From: Squalus acanthias
Taxonomy: Eukaryota
Length of the DNA: 64,000 bases
Reading direction: 5' to 3'
Assembly (NCBI GenBank): GCA_030390025.1
Contig: CM059433.1
Span: 7,008,001 to 7,072,000, forward strand
This document shows, one piece after another, positions 14,001 through 29,000 of the stretch; positions within the stretch are counted from its first letter, which is position 1, and each line of letters opens with the position of its first letter. The notes below the pieces were generated by a model, which worked only from the letters and a program-made list of their open reading frames with translations, was not told the origin of the DNA and searched no databases. A program made the translations under genes and the position numbers.

Positions 14001-17000
14001 ATGAGAGTGATCGAGAGGGGTAATGAGAGTGATCGAGGGGGTAATGAGAGTGATCGAGGGGGTAATGAGAGTGATCGAGGGGGGGTAATGAGAGTGATCG
14101 AGAGGGGGTAATGAGAGTGATCGAGGGGGTAATGAGAGTGATCGAGGGGGTAATGAGAGTGATCGAGAGGGGTAATGAGAGTGATCGAGTGGGTAATGAG
14201 AGTGATCGAGGGGGTAATGAGAGTGATCGAGGGGGTAATGAGAGTGATCGAGGGGGTAATGAGAGTGATCGAGAGGGGTAATGAGAGTGATCGAGTGGGT
14301 AATGAGAGTGATCGAGGGGGGGTAATGAGAGTGATCGAGAGGGGGTAATGAGAGTGATCGAGGGGGTAATGAGAGTGATCGAGAGGGTAATGAGAGTGAT
14401 CGAGAGGGGTAATGAGAGTGATCGAGGGGGTAATGAGAGTGATCGAGGGGGTAATGAGAGTGATCGAGAGGGGTAATGAGAGTGATCGAGGGGGTAATGA
14501 GAGTGATCGAGGGGGTAATGAGAGTGATCGAGGGGGGTAATGAGAGTGATCGAGAGGGGTAATGAGAGTGATCGAGGGGGTAATGAGAGTGATCGAGGGG
14601 GTAATGAGAGTGATCGAGGGGGGTAATGAGAGTGATCGAGGGGTAATGAGAGTGATCGAGGGGGGTAATGAGAGTGATCGAGAGGGGGTAATGAGTGTGA
14701 TCGAGGGGGTAATGAGAGTGATCGAGGGGGGGTAATGAGTGTGATCGAGGGGGTAATGAGAGTGATCGAGGGGGTAATGAGAGTGATCGAGGGGGTAATG
14801 AGAGTGATCGAGGGGGGTAATGAGAGTGATCGAGAGGGGTAATGAGTGTGATCGAGGGGGTAATGAGAGTGATCGAGGGGGTAATGAGAGTGATCGAGGG
14901 GGGTAATGAGAGTGATCGAGGGGGTAATGAGAGTGATCGAGAGGGGGTAATGAGAGTGATCGAGGGGGTAATGAGAGTGATCGAGGGGGTAATGAGAGTG
15001 ATCGAGGGGGTAATGAGAGTGATCGAGGGGGCAATGAGAGTGATCGAGGGGGGTAATGAGAGTGATCGAGGGGGTAATGAGAGTGATCGAGAGGGGTAAT
15101 GAGAGTGATCGAGGGGGTAATGAGAGTGATCGAGGGGGGTAATGAGAGTGATCGAGGGGGGGTAATGAGAGTGATCGAGAGGGGTAATGAGAGTGATCGA
15201 GAGGGGTAATGAGAGTGATCGAGGGGGTAATGAGAGTGATCGAGAGGGTAATGAGAGTGATCGAGAGGGGGTAATGAGAGTGATCGAGGGGGGTAATGAG
15301 AGTGATCGAGGGGGTAATGAGAGTGATCGAGGGGGGTAATGTGAGTGATCGAGGGGGTAATGAGAGTGATCGAGCGGGGGTAATGAGAGTGATCGAGAGG
15401 GTAATGAGAGTGATCGAGCGGGGTAATGAGAGTGATCGAGAGGGTAATGAGAGTGATCGAGGGGGGGTAATGAGAGTGATCGAGAGGGGTAATGAGAGTG
15501 ATCGAGGGGGGTAATGAGAGTGATCGAGAGGGGGTAATGAGAGTGATCGAGAGGGGTAATGAGAGTGATCGAGAGGGTAATGAGAGTGATCGAGGGGGTA
15601 ATGAGAGTGATCGAGGGGGGTAATGAGAGTGATCGAGGGGGGTAATGAGAGTGATCGAGAGGGGGTAATGAGAGTGATCGAGAGGGTAATGAGAGTGATC
15701 GAGGGGGTAATGAGGGCGATCGAGGGGGTAATGAGAGTGATCGAGGGGGGGTAATGAGAGTGATCGAGGAGGGTAATGAGAGTGATCGAGGGGGTAATCA
15801 GAGTGATCGAGGGGGGTAATGAGAGTGATCGAGGGGGTAATGAGAGTGATCGAGGGGGTAATGAGAGTGATCGAGGGGGGTAATGAGAGTGATCGAGGGG
15901 GGTAATGAGAGTGATCGAGGGGGGTAATGAGAGTGATCGAGGGGGGTAATGAGAGTGATCGAGAGGGGTAATGAGAGTGATCGAGAGGGGTAATGAGAGT
16001 GATCGAGGGGGGTAATGAGAGTGATCGAGGGGGGTAATGAGAGTGATCGAGGGGGTAATGAGTGATCGAGGGGGGTAATGAGAGTGATCGAGAGGGGTAA
16101 TGAGAGTGATCGAGGGGGTAATGAGAGTGATCGAGGGGTAATGAGAGTGATCGAGGGGGTAATGAGAGTGATCGAGAGGGTAATGAGAGTGATCGAGGGG
16201 GTAATGAGAGTGATCGAGGGGGGTAATGAGAGTGATCGAGGGGTAATGAGAGTGATCGAGGGGGGTAATGAGAGTGATCGAGGGGGTAATGAGAGTGATC
16301 GAGGGGGGTAATGAGTGATCGAGGGGGGTAATGAGAGTGATCGAGAGGGGTAATGAGAGTGATCGAGGGGTAATGAGAGTGATCGAGAGGGGGTAATGAG
16401 AGTGATCGAGAGGGGTAATGAGAGTGATCGAGGGGGTAATGAGAGTGATCGAGGGGTAATGAGAGTGATCGAGGGGGTAATGAGTGATCGAGGGGGGGTA
16501 ATGAGAGTGATCGAGAGGGGTAATGAGAGTGATCGAGGGGGTAATGAGAGTGATCGAGGGGTAATGAGAGTGATCGAGAGGGGTAATGAGAGTGATCGAG
16601 AGGGGTAATGAGAGTGATCGAGGGGTAATGAGAGTGATCGAGGGGGTAATGAGAGTGATCGAGGGGGTAATGAGAGTGATCGAGGGGGTAATGAGAGTGA
16701 TCGAGGGGGGTAATGAGAGTGATCGAGGGGGTAATGAGAGTGATCGAGGGGGTAATGAGTGATCAAGGGGGGTAATGAGAGTGATCGAGAGGGGTAATGA
16801 GAGTGATCGAGGGGGTAATGAGAGTGATCGAGAGGGGGTAATGAGAGTGATCGAGGGGGTAATGAGAGTGATCGAGGGGGTAATGAGAGTGATCGAGGGG
16901 GGTAATGAGTGATCGAGGGGGGGTAATGAGAGTGATCGAGGGGGTAATGAGAGTGATCGAGAGGGGTAATGAGAGTGATCGAGGGGGTAATGAGAGTGAT

Positions 17001-20000
17001 CGAGGGGTAATGAGAGTGATCGAGGGGGGTAATGAGAGTGATCGAGGGGGGTAATGAGAGCGATCGAGGGGGGTAATGAGAGTGATCGAGGGGGTAATGA
17101 GAGTGATCGAGGGGGGTAATGAGAGTGATCGAGGGGGGTAATGAGTGATCGGAAGAGTGATCGAGGGGGGTAATGAGAGTGATCGAGAGGGGTAATGAGA
17201 GTGATCGAGGGGGTAATGAGAGTGATCGAGGGGGGTAATGAGAGTCGATCGAGGGGGGTAATGAGAGTGATCGAGGGGGGTAATGAGAGTGATCGAGGGG
17301 GGTAATGAGAGTGATCGAGGGGGTAATGAGAGTGATCGAGGGGTAATGAGAGTGATCGAGAGGGGTAATGAGAGTGATCGAGGGGGGTAATGAGAGTGAT
17401 CGAGAGGGTAATGAGAGTGATCGAGGGGGGAATGAGAGTGATCGAGGGGGGTAATGAGAGCGATCGAGGGGGGTAATGAGAGTGATCGAGGGGGGTAATG
17501 AGAGTGATCGAGGGGAGTAATGAGAGTGATCGAGGGGGGTAATGAGAGTGATCGAGGGGGGTAATGAGAGAGATCGAGGGGGGTAATGAGAGTGATCGAG
17601 GGGGGTAATGAGAGTGATCGAGGGGTAATGAGAGTGATCGAGGGGGGGTAATGAGAGGATCGAGGGGGTAATGAGAGTGATCGAGGGGGTAATGAGAGTG
17701 ATCGAGGGGGGTAATGAGAGTGATCGAGGGGGGTAATGAGAGTGATCGAGGGGGTAATGAGAGTGATCGAGGGGGTAATGAGAGTGATCGAGGGGGGTAA
17801 TGAGAGTGATCGAGGGGGGTAATGAGAGTGATCGAGGGTAATGAGAGTGATCGAGGGGGTAATGAGAGTGATCGAGAGGGTAATGAGAGTGATCGAGAGG
17901 GTAATGAGAGTGATCGAGGGGGGTAATGAGAGTGATCGAGGGGGTAATGAGAGTGATCGAGGGGGGTAATGAGAGTGATCGAGGGGTAATGAGAGTGATC
18001 GAGGGGGGGTAATGAGAGTGATCGAGGGGGGTAATGAGAGTGATCGAGGGGTAATGAGAGTGATCGAGGGGGGTAATGAGAGTGATCGAGGGGGTAATGA
18101 GAGTGATCGAGGGGTAATGAGAGTGATCGAGAGGGTAATGAGAGTGATCGAGGGGGGTAATGAGAGTGATCGAGGGGGGTAATGAGAGTGATCGAGGGGG
18201 GGTAATGAGAGTGATCGAGGGGGTAATGAGAGTGATCGAGAGGGGTAATGAGAGTGATCGACGGGGGGGTAATGAGAGTGATCGAGGGTGGTAATGAGAG
18301 TGATCGAGGGGGTAATGAGAGTGATCGAGGGGGGTAATGAGAGTATCGAGGGGGGTAATGAGAGTGATCGAGGGGGGGGTAATGGAGTGATCGAGAGGGG
18401 TAATGAGAGTGATCGAGAGGGGGTAATGAGAGTGATCGAGAGGGGTAATGAGAGTGATCGAGGGGGGGTAATGAGAGTGATCGAGGGGGGTATTGAGAGT
18501 GATCGAGGGGGTAATGAGAGTGATCGAGGGGGGGTAATGAGAGTGATCGAGAGGCGGTAATGAGAGTGATCGAGGGGGGTAAATGAGAGTGATCGAGGGG
18601 GGTAATGAGAGTGATCGAGGGGTAATGAGAGTGATCGAGAGGGTAATGAGAGTGATCGAGGGGGGGTAATGAGAGTGATCGAGGGGGTAATGAGAGTGAT
18701 CGAGGGGTAATGAGAGTGATCGAGGGGGGGTAATGAGAGTGATCGAGGGGGTAATGAGAGTGATCGAGGGGGTAATGAGAGTGATCGAGGGGGTAATGAG
18801 AGTGATCGAGGGGGGGGTAATGAGAGTGATCGAGGGGGTAATGAGAGTGATCGAGGGGGGGTAATGAGAGTGATCGAGGGGGTAATGAGAGTGATCGAGG
18901 GGGGTAATGAGAGTGATCGAGGGTAATGAGAGTGATCGAGAGGGGTAATGAGAGTGATCGAGGGGGGTAATGAGAGTGATCGAGGGGGTAATGAGAGTGA
19001 TCGAGGGGGTAATGAGAGTGATCGAGGGGGTAATGAGAGTGATCGAGGAGGGGTAATGAGAGTGATCGAGAGGGGTAATGAGAGTGATCGAGAGGGGGTA
19101 ATGAGAGTGATCGAGAGGGGTAATGAGAGTGATCGAGGGGGGTAATGAGAGTGATCGAGGGGGGGTAATGAGAGTGATCGAGAGGGGGTAATGAGAGTGA
19201 TCGAGGGGGTAATGAGAGTGATCGAGGGGGGTAATGAGAGTGATCGAGGGGGTAATGAGAGTGATCGAGGGGGGTAATGAGAGTGATCGAGGGGGTAATG
19301 AGAGTGATCGAGGGGGTAATGAGAGTGATCGAGGGGGGGTAATGAGAGTGATCGAGAGGGGTAATGAGAGTGATCGAGAGGGGTAATGAGAGTGATCGAG
19401 GGGGTAATGAGAGTGATCGAGAGGGGTAATGAGAGTGATCGAGGGGGTAATGAGAGTGATCGAGAGGGGTAATGAGAGTGATCGAGAGGGGTAATGAGAG
19501 TGATCGAGGGGGGTAATGAGAGTGATCGAGGGGGGTAATGAGAGTGATCGAGGGGGGTAATGAGAGTGATCGAGAGGGGTAATGAGAGTGATCGAGGAGG
19601 GTAATGAGAGTGATCGAGGGGGTAATGAGAGTGATCGAGGGGGGTAATGAGAGTGATCGAGGGGGGGTAATGAGAGTGATCGAGGGGGGTAATGAGAGTG
19701 ATCGAGGGGGGTAATGAGAGTGATCGAGGGGGTAATGAGAGTGATCGAGAGGGGTAATGAGAGTGATCGAGGGGGGTAATGAGAGTGATCGAGGGGGTAA
19801 TGAGAGTGATCGAGGGGGTAATGAGAGTGATCGAGGGGGGTAATGAGAGTGATCGAGAGGGGTAATGAGAGTGATCGAGGGGGTAATGAGAGTGATCGAG
19901 GGGGGTAATGAGAGTGATCGAGGGGGTAATGAGAGTGATCGAGGGGGTAATGAGAGTGATCGAGGGGTAATGAGAGTGATCGAGGGGGTAATGAGAGTGA

Positions 20001-23000
20001 TCGAGAGGGGTAATGAGAGTGATCGAGGGGGTAATGAGAGTGATCGAGGGGGTAATGAGAGTGATCGAGGGGGTAATGAGAGTGATCGAGGGGGTAATGA
20101 GAGTGATCGAGGGGGTAATGAGAGTGATCGAGAGGGGGTAATGAGAGTGATCGAGGGGGGTAATGAGAGTGATCGAGGGGGTAATGAGAGTGATCGAGGG
20201 GGTAATGAGAGTGATCGAGGGGGGTAATGAGAGTGATCGAGGGGGTAATGAGAGTGATCGAGAGGGTAATGAGAGTGATCGAGGGGGTAATGAGAGTGAT
20301 CGAGGGGGGTAATGAGAGTGATCGAGGGGGTAATGAGAGTGATCGAGGGGTAATGAGAGTGATCGAGAGGGGGTAATGAGAGTGATCGAGGGGGGTAATA
20401 GAGTGATCGAGGGGGTATGAGAGTGATCGAGGAGGTAATGAGATGATCGAGAGGGGGATTGAGAGTGATCGAGGGGGTAATGAGAGTGATCGAGGGTAGG
20501 TAATGAGAGTGATCGAGAGGGGGGTAATGAGAGTGATCGAGGGGGTAATGAGAGTGATCGAGAGGGGTAATGAGAGTGATCGAGGGGGTAATGAGAGTGA
20601 TCGAGAGGGGTAATGAGAGTGATCGAGAGGGGTATGAGAGTGATCGAGGGGGGTAATGAGATTGACGAGGGGGTAATGAGAGTGATCGAGGAGGGGGTAA
20701 TGAGAGTGAATCGAGAGGGGGTAATGAGAGTGATCGAGAGGGGTAATGAGAGTGATCGAGGGGGTAATGAGAGTGATCGAGGGGGTAATGAGAGTGATCG
20801 AGAGGGGTAATGAGAGTGATCGAGGGGTAATGAGAGTGATCGAGGGGGTAATGAGAGTGATCGAGGGGGGTAATGAGAGTGATCGAGAGGGGTAATGAGA
20901 GTGATCGAGGGGGGTAATGAGAGTGATCGAGGGGGTAATGAGAGTGATCGAGGGGGGTAATGAGAGTGATCGAGGGGGTAATGAGAGTGATCGAGAGGGG
21001 TAATGAGAGTGATCGAGGGGGTAATGAGAGTGATCGAGGGGGGTAATGAGAGTGATCGAGGGGGTAATGAGAGTGATCGAGGGGGGTAATGAGAGTGATC
21101 GAGGGGGTAATGAGAGTGATCGAGGGGGTAATGAAGTGATCGAGAGGGGTAATGAGAGTGATCGAGAGGGGGTAATGAGAGTGATCGAGGGGGTAATGAG
21201 AGTGATCGAGGGGGGTAATGAGAGTGATCGAGGGGGGGGTAATGAGAGTGATCGAGGGGGTAATGAGAGTGATCGAGAGGGGTAATGAGAGTGATCGAGG
21301 GGGGTAATGAGAGTGATCGAGGGGGTAATGAGAGTGATCGAGGGGGGTAATGAGAGTGATCGAGGGGTATGAGAGTGATCGAGGGGGTAATGAGAGTGAT
21401 CGAGGGGGGTAATGAGAGTGATCGAGGGGGGGTAATGAGAGTGATCGAGGGGTAATGAGAGTGATCGAGGGGGGTAATGAGAGTGATCGAGGGGGGTAAT
21501 GAGAGCGATCGAGGGGGTAAGGAGAGTGATCGAGAGGGGGTAATGAGAGTGATCGAGGGGTAATGAGAGTGATCGAGAGGGGTAATGAGAGTGATCGAGG
21601 GGGTAATGAGTGATCGAGAGGGGTAATGAGAGTGATCGAGGGGGGGTAATGTGAGTGATCGAGAGGGGGTAATGAGTGATCGAGAGGGGTAATGAGAGTG
21701 ATCGAGGGGGGTAATGAGAGTGATCGAGGGGGTAATGAGAGTGATCGAGGGGGGGTAATGAGAGTGATCGAGAGGGTAATGAGTGATCGAGAGGGGTAAT
21801 GAGAGTGATCGAGGGGGTAATGAGAGTGATCGAGGGGGTAATGAGAGTGATCGAGGGGGTAATGAGAGTGATCGAGGGGGGGGTAATGAGGGCGATCGAG
21901 GGGGTAATGAGAGTGATCGAGGGGGGTAATGAGAGTGATCGAGTGATCGAGGGGTAATGAGAGTGATCGAGGGGGGTAATGAGAGTGATCGAGGGGGGTA
22001 ATGAGAGTGATCGAGGGGGGGTAGAGATGATCGAGGGATGATCGAGGGGGGTAATGAGAGTGATCGAGGGGGGTAAATGAGAGTGATCGAGGGGGTATTG
22101 AGACGTGATCGAGGAGGGTAATGAGAGTGATCGAGGGGTGTAATGAGAGTGATCGAGGGGGGTAATGAGAGTGATCGAGGGGGTAATGGAGAGTGATCGA
22201 GGGGGGTAATGAGAGTGATCGAGAGGGGATGAGTGATCGAGGGGGTAATGAGAGAGTCGAGGGGGGTAATGAGAGTGATCGAGGGGGGTAATGAGAGTGA
22301 TCGAGGAGGGTAATGAGAGTGATCGAGAGGGGGTAATGAGAGTGATCGAGGGGGTAATGAGAGTGATCGAGGGGGTAATGAGAGTGATCGAGGGGGTAAT
22401 GAGAGTGATCGAGGGGGTAATGAGAGTGATCGAGGGGGGGTAATGAGAGTGATCGAGGGGGTAATGAAGTGATCGAGGGGGTAATGAGAGTGATCGAGGG
22501 GGGGTAATGAGAGTGATCGAGGGGGGTAATGAGAGTGATCGAGGGGGGGGTAATGAGAGTGATCGAGAGGGTAATGAGAGTGATCGAGGGGGGTAATGAG
22601 AGTGGATCGAGGGGGTAATGAGAGTGATCGAGGGGGAATGATCGAGGGGGTAATGAGAGTGATCGAGGGGGGTAATGAGAGTGATCGAGGGGGTAATGAG
22701 AGTGATCGAGAGGGTAATGAGAGTGATCGAGGGGGGTAATGAGAGTGATCGAGAGGGGGTAATGAGAGTGATCGAGAGGGGGTAATGAGAGTGATCGAGA
22801 GGGGGTAATGAGAGTGATCGAGGGGGTAATGAGAGTGATCGAGGGGGGTAATGAGAGTGATCGAGGGGGGGGTAATGAGGGCGATCGAGGGGGGTAATGA
22901 GAGTGATCGAGGGGGGTAATGAGAGTGATCGAGGGGGGGTAATGAGAGTGATCGAGGGGTAATGAGAGTGATCGAGGGGGGTAATGAGAGTGATCGAGGG

Positions 23001-26000
23001 GGGTAATGAGAGTGATCGAGGGGGGTAATGAGAGTGATCGAGCGGGGTAATGAGAGTGATCGAGGGGGGTAATGAGAGTGATCGAGAGGGGGTAATGAGA
23101 GTGATCGAGGGGGTAATGAGAGTGATCGAGAGGGGGTAATGAGAGTGATCGAGGGGGGTAATGAGAGTGATCGACAGGGGGTAATGAGAGTGATCGAGGG
23201 GGTAATGAGAGTGATCGAGGGGGTAATGAGAGTGATCGAGGGGGTAATGAGAGTGATCGAGGGGGTAATGAGAGTGATCGAGGGGGTAATGAGAGTGATC
23301 GAGGGGGGTAATGAGAGTGATCGAGGGGGTAATGAGAGTGATCGAGAGGGTAATGAGAGTGATCGAGAGGGGTAATGAGAGTGATCGAGAGGGGGTAATG
23401 AGAGTGATCGAGGGGTGTAATGAGAGTGATCGAGGGGGTAATGAGAGTGATCGAGGGGGGTAATGAGAGTGATCGAGGGGGGTAATGAGAGTGATCGAGA
23501 GGGTAATGAGAGTGATCGAGAGGGGTAATGAGAGTGATCGAGGGGGTAATGAGAGTGATCGAGGGGGGTAATGAGAGTGATCGAGAGGGTAATGAGAGTG
23601 ATCGAGGGGGTAATGAGAGTGATCGAGGGGGGTAATGAGAGTGATCGAGGGGGGTAATGAGAGTGATCGAGAGGGGTTATGAGAGTGATCGAGGGGGTAA
23701 TGAGAGTGATCGAGGGGGGGTAATGAGAGTGATCGAGAGGTTAATGAAGTGATCGAGGGGGTAATGAGAGTGATCGAGGGGGGTAATGAGAGTGATCGAG
23801 GGGGTAATGAGATGATCGGAGGGGTAATGAGAGTGATCGAGAGGGGTAATGAGATGTGATCGAGGGGGTAATGTGAGTGATCGAGGGGGTAATGAGAGTG
23901 ATCGAGGGGGGTAATGAGAGTGATCGAGGGAGGGGTAATGAGAGTGATCGAGAGGGGTAATGAGAGTGATCGAGGGGGGTAATGAGAGTGATCGAGGGGG
24001 GGGTATGAGAGTGATCGAGGGGGTAATGAGAGTGATCGAGAGGGGTAATGAGAGTGATCGAGGGGGTAATGAGAGTGATCGAGAGGGTAATGAGAGTGAT
24101 CGAGTGGGGTAATGAGAGTGATCGAGGGGGTAATGAGAGTGATCGAGAGGGGGTAATGAGAGTGATCGAGGGGGGTAATGAGAGTGATCGAGTGGGGGTA
24201 ATGAGAGTGATCGAGAGGGGTAATGAGAGTGATCGAGAGGGGGTAATGAGAGTGATCGAGGGGGTAATGAGAGTGATCGAGGGGGTAATGAGAGTGATCG
24301 AGAGGGGTAATGAGAGTGATCGAGGGGGTAATGAGAGTGATCGAGAGGGTAATGAGAGTGATCGAGGGGGTAATGAGAGTGATCGAGGGGGGGTAATGAG
24401 AGTGATCGAGGGGGGTAATGAGAGTGATCGAGGGGTAATGAGAGTGATCGAGGGGGGTAATGAGAGTGATCGAGGGGGTAATGAGAGTGATCGAGGGGGG
24501 TAATGAGAGTGATCGAGGGTAATGAGAGTGATCGAGGGGGTAATGAGAGTGATCGAGGGGGGGTAATGAGAGCGATCGAGGGGTAAGGAGAGTGATCGAG
24601 AGGGGTAATGAGAGTGATCGAGGGGGGTAATGAGTGATCGAGAGGGGTAATGAGAGTGATCGAGGGGGGTAATGTGAGTGATCGAGAGGGGGTAATGAGT
24701 GATCGAGAGGGGTAATGAGAGTGATCGAGGGGGGTAATGAGAGTGATCGAGGGGGTAATGAGAGTGATCGAGGGGGGTAATGAGAGTGATCGAGAGGGGG
24801 TAATGAGTGATCGAGAGGGGTAATGAGAGTGATCGAGGGGGGGTAATGAGAATGATCGAGGGGGGTAATGAGAGTGATCGAGGGGGGTAATGAGAGTGAT
24901 CGAGGGGTAATGAGAGTGATCGAGGGGGGTAATGAGAGTGATCGAGGGGGGTAATGAGAGTGATCGAGGGGGGGTAATGAGGGCGATCGAGGGGGTAATG
25001 AGAGTGATCGAGGGGGGTAATGAGAGTGATCGAGGGGGTAATGAGAGTGATCGAGGGGTAATGAGAGTGATCGAGGGGGGTAATGAGAGTGATCGAGGGG
25101 TAATGAGAGTGATCGAGAGGGGGTAATGAGAGTGATCGAGGGGTAATGAGAGTGATCGAGGGGGGTAATGAGAGTGATCGAGGGGGTAATGAGAGTGATC
25201 GAGGGGGTAATGAGAGTGATCGAGGGGGTAATGAGAGTGATCGAGGGGGGTAATGAGAGTGATCGAGAGGGGTAATGAGAGTGATCGAGAGGGGGTAATG
25301 AGAGTGATCGAGGGGGTAATGAGAGTGATCGAGGGGGGGTAATGAGAGTGATCGAGGGGGGTAATGAGAGTGATCGAGGGGGGTAATGAGAGTGATCGAG
25401 GGGGTAATGAGAGTGATCGAGGGGGTAATGAGAGTGATCGAGGGGGTAATGAGAGTGATCGAGGGGGTAATGAGAGTGATCGAGGGGGGTAATGAGAGTG
25501 ATCGAGAGGGGTAATGAGAGTGATCGAGGGGGGTAATGAGAGTGATCGAGAGGGGGTAATGAGAGTGATCGAGGGGGGTAATGAGAGTGATCGAGGGGGG
25601 TAATGAGAGTGATCGAGGGGGTAATGAGAGTGATCGAGGGGGGTAATGAGAGTGATCGAGGGGGGTAATGAGAGTGATCGAGGGGGGTAATGAGAGTGAT
25701 CGAGGGGGTAATGAGAGTGATCGAGGGGGTAATGAGAGTGATCGAGGGGTAATGAGAGTGATCGAGGGGGGTAATGAGAGTGATCGAGGGGGTAATGAGA
25801 GTGATCGAGGGGGTAATGAGAGTGATCGAGCGGGGTAATGAGAGTGATCGAGGGGGTAATGAGAGTGATCGAGAGGGGTAATGAGAGTGATCGAGAGGGG
25901 GTAATGAGAGTGATCGAGGGGGTAATGAGAGTGATCGACAGGGGGTAATGAGAGTGATCGAGGGGGTAATGAGAGTGATCGAGGGGGTAATGAGAGTGAT

Positions 26001-29000
26001 CGAGGGGGGTAATGAGAGTGATCGAGAGGGGGTAATGAGAGTGATCGAGGGGGTAATGAGAGTGATCGAGGGGGGGTAATGAGAGTGATCGAGGGGGGTA
26101 ATGAGAGTGATCGAGAGGGTAATGAGAGTGATCGAGAGGGGGTAATGAGAGTGATCGAGAGGGGGTAATGAGAGTGATCGAGGGGGGGTAATGAGAGTGA
26201 TCGAGGGGGTAATGAGAGTGATCGAGGGGGGTAATGAGAGTGATCGAGGGGTAATGAGAGTGATCGAGAGGGTAATGAGAGTGATCGAGGGGGTAATGAG
26301 AGTGATCGAGGGGGGGTAATGAGAGTGATCGAGGGGGTAATGAGAGTGATCGAGGGGGTAAATGAGAGTGATCGAGGGGTATAATCTGGTAATGAGAGGG
26401 ATCGAGGGCGGTAAGGAGAGTGATCGAGGGGGGGGTAATGAAGTGGATCGAGAGGGGTAATGAGAGTGATCGAGGGGGGGTAATGAGAGTGATCGAGAGG
26501 GGGTATGAGAGGATCGAGGGGGTAATGAAGTGATCGAGGGGGTAATGAGAGTGATCGAGAGGGGGTAATGAGAGTGATCGAGGGGGGTAATGAGAGTGAT
26601 CGAGGGTGGTATGAGAGTATCGAGAGGGGTAATGAGTGTGATCGAGGGGGGTAATGAGAGTGATCGAGGGGGGGTAATGAAGTGATCGAGGGGGTAATGA
26701 GAGTGATCGAGAGGGGGTAATGAGAGTGATCGAGAGGGGTAATGAGAGTGATCGAGGGGGGGTAATGAGAGTGATCGAGAGGGGGGTAATGAGAGTGATC
26801 GAGAGGGGTAATGAGAGTGATCGAGGGGTAATGAGAGTGATCGAGGGGGTAATGAGAGTGATCGAGGGGGGGTAATGAGAGTGATCGAGGGGGTAATGAG
26901 AGTGATCGAGGGGGTAATGAGAGTGATCGAGAGGGGGTAATGAGAGTGATCGAGAGGGGGTAATGAGAGTGATCGAGGGGGTAATGAGAGTGATCGAGAG
27001 GGTAATGAGAGTGATCGAGGGGGTAATGAGAGTGATCGAGGGGGTAATGAGAGTGATCGAGAGGGTAATGAGAGTGATCGAGGGGGTAATGAGAGTGATC
27101 GAGGGGGTAATGAGAGTGATCGAGGGGGGTAATGAGAGTGATCGAGAGGGGTAATGAGAGTGATCGAGGGGGGTAATGAGAGTGATCGAGGGGGTAATGA
27201 GAGTGATCGAGAGGGTAATGAGAGTGATCGAGGGGGTAATGAGAGTGATCGAGGGGTAATGAGAGTGATCGAGAGGGTAATGAGAGTGATCGAGGGGGTA
27301 ATGAGAGTGATCGAGGGGGGTAATGAGAGTGATCGAGGGGGTAATGAGAGTGATCGAGGGGGTAATGAGAGTGATCGAGGGGGGGTAATGAGAGTGATCG
27401 AGGGGTAATGAGAGTGATCGAGGGGGTAATGAGAGTGATCGAGGGGGTAATGAGAGTGATCGAGAGGGGGTAATGAGAGTGATCGAGGGGTAATGAGAGT
27501 GATCGAGGGGGTAATGAGAGTGATCGAGGGGGTAATGAGAGTGATCGAGAGGGTAATGAGAGTGATCGAGAGGGGGTAATGAGAGTGATCGAGGGGGGTA
27601 ATGAGAGTGATCGAGGGGGTAATGAGAGTGATCGAGGGGGTAATGAGAGTGATCGAGAGGGGGTAATGAGAGTGATCGAGGGGGTAATGAGAGTGATCGA
27701 GGGGGTAATGAGAGTGATCGAGGGGGGTAATGAGAGTGATCGAGGGGTAATGAGAGTGATCGAGGGGGTAATGAGAGTGATCGAGAGGGTAATGAGAGTG
27801 ATCGAGGGGGTAATGAGAGTGATCGAGAGGGGGTAATGAGAGTGATCGAGAGGGGGTAATGAGAGTGATCGAGAGGGGGTAATGAGAGTGATCGAGGGGG
27901 TAATGAGAGTGATCGAGGGGGGTAATGAGAGTGATCGAGGGGGGGTAATGAGGGCGATCGAGGGGGTAATGAGAGTGATCGAGGGGGGTAATGAGAGTGA
28001 TCGAGGGGGGTAATGAGAGTGATCGAGGGGTAATGAGAGTGATCGAGGGGGGTAATGAGAGTGATCGAGGGGGGTAATGAGAGTGATCGAGGGGGTAATG
28101 AGAGTGATCGAGAGGGGTAATGAGAGTGATCGAGGGGGGTAATGAGAGTGATCGAGCGGGGTAATGAGAGTGATCGAGGGGGTAATGAGAGTGATCGAGA
28201 GGGGGTAATGAGAGTGATCGAGAGGGGGTAATGAGAGTGATCGAGAGGGGTAATGAGAGTGATCGAGGGGGGTAATGAGAGTGATCGACAGGGGGTAATG
28301 AGAGTGATCGAGGGGTAATGAGAGTGATCGAGAGGGTAATGAGAGTGATCGAGGGGGTAATGAGAGTGATCGAGAGGGGGTAATGAGAGTGATCGAGAGG
28401 GGGTAATGAGAGTGATCGAGGGGGGTAATGAGAGTGATCGAGGGGTAATGAGAGTGATCGAGGGGGGTAATGAGAGTGATCGAGGGGGGTAATGAGAGTG
28501 ATCGAGGGGGGTAATGAGAGTGATCGAGGGGGTAATGAGAGTGATCGAGGGGGTAATGAGTGATCGAGGGTAATGAGAGTGATCGAGGGGGGGTAATGAG
28601 AGTGATCGAGGGGGGTAATGAGAGTGATCGAGGGGGGTAATGAGAGTGATCGAGGGGGTAATGAGAGTGATCGAGGGGGGTAATGAGAGTGATCGAGGGG
28701 GGTAATGAGAGTGATCGAGAGGGGTAATGAGAGTGATCGAGAGGGGGTAATGAGAGTGATCGAGGGGGTAATGAGAGTGATCGAGGGGGGTAATGAGAGT
28801 GATCGAGGGGGTAATGAGAGTGATCGAGGGGGGTAATGAGAGTGATCGAGGGGGGGTAATGAGAGTGATCGAGGGGGTAATGAGAGTGATCGAGAGGGTA
28901 ATGAGAGTGATCGAGGGGGGTAATGAGAGTGATCGAGGGGGTAATGAGAGTGATCGAGGGGGTAATGAGAGTGATCGAGGGGGTAATGAGAGTGATCGAG

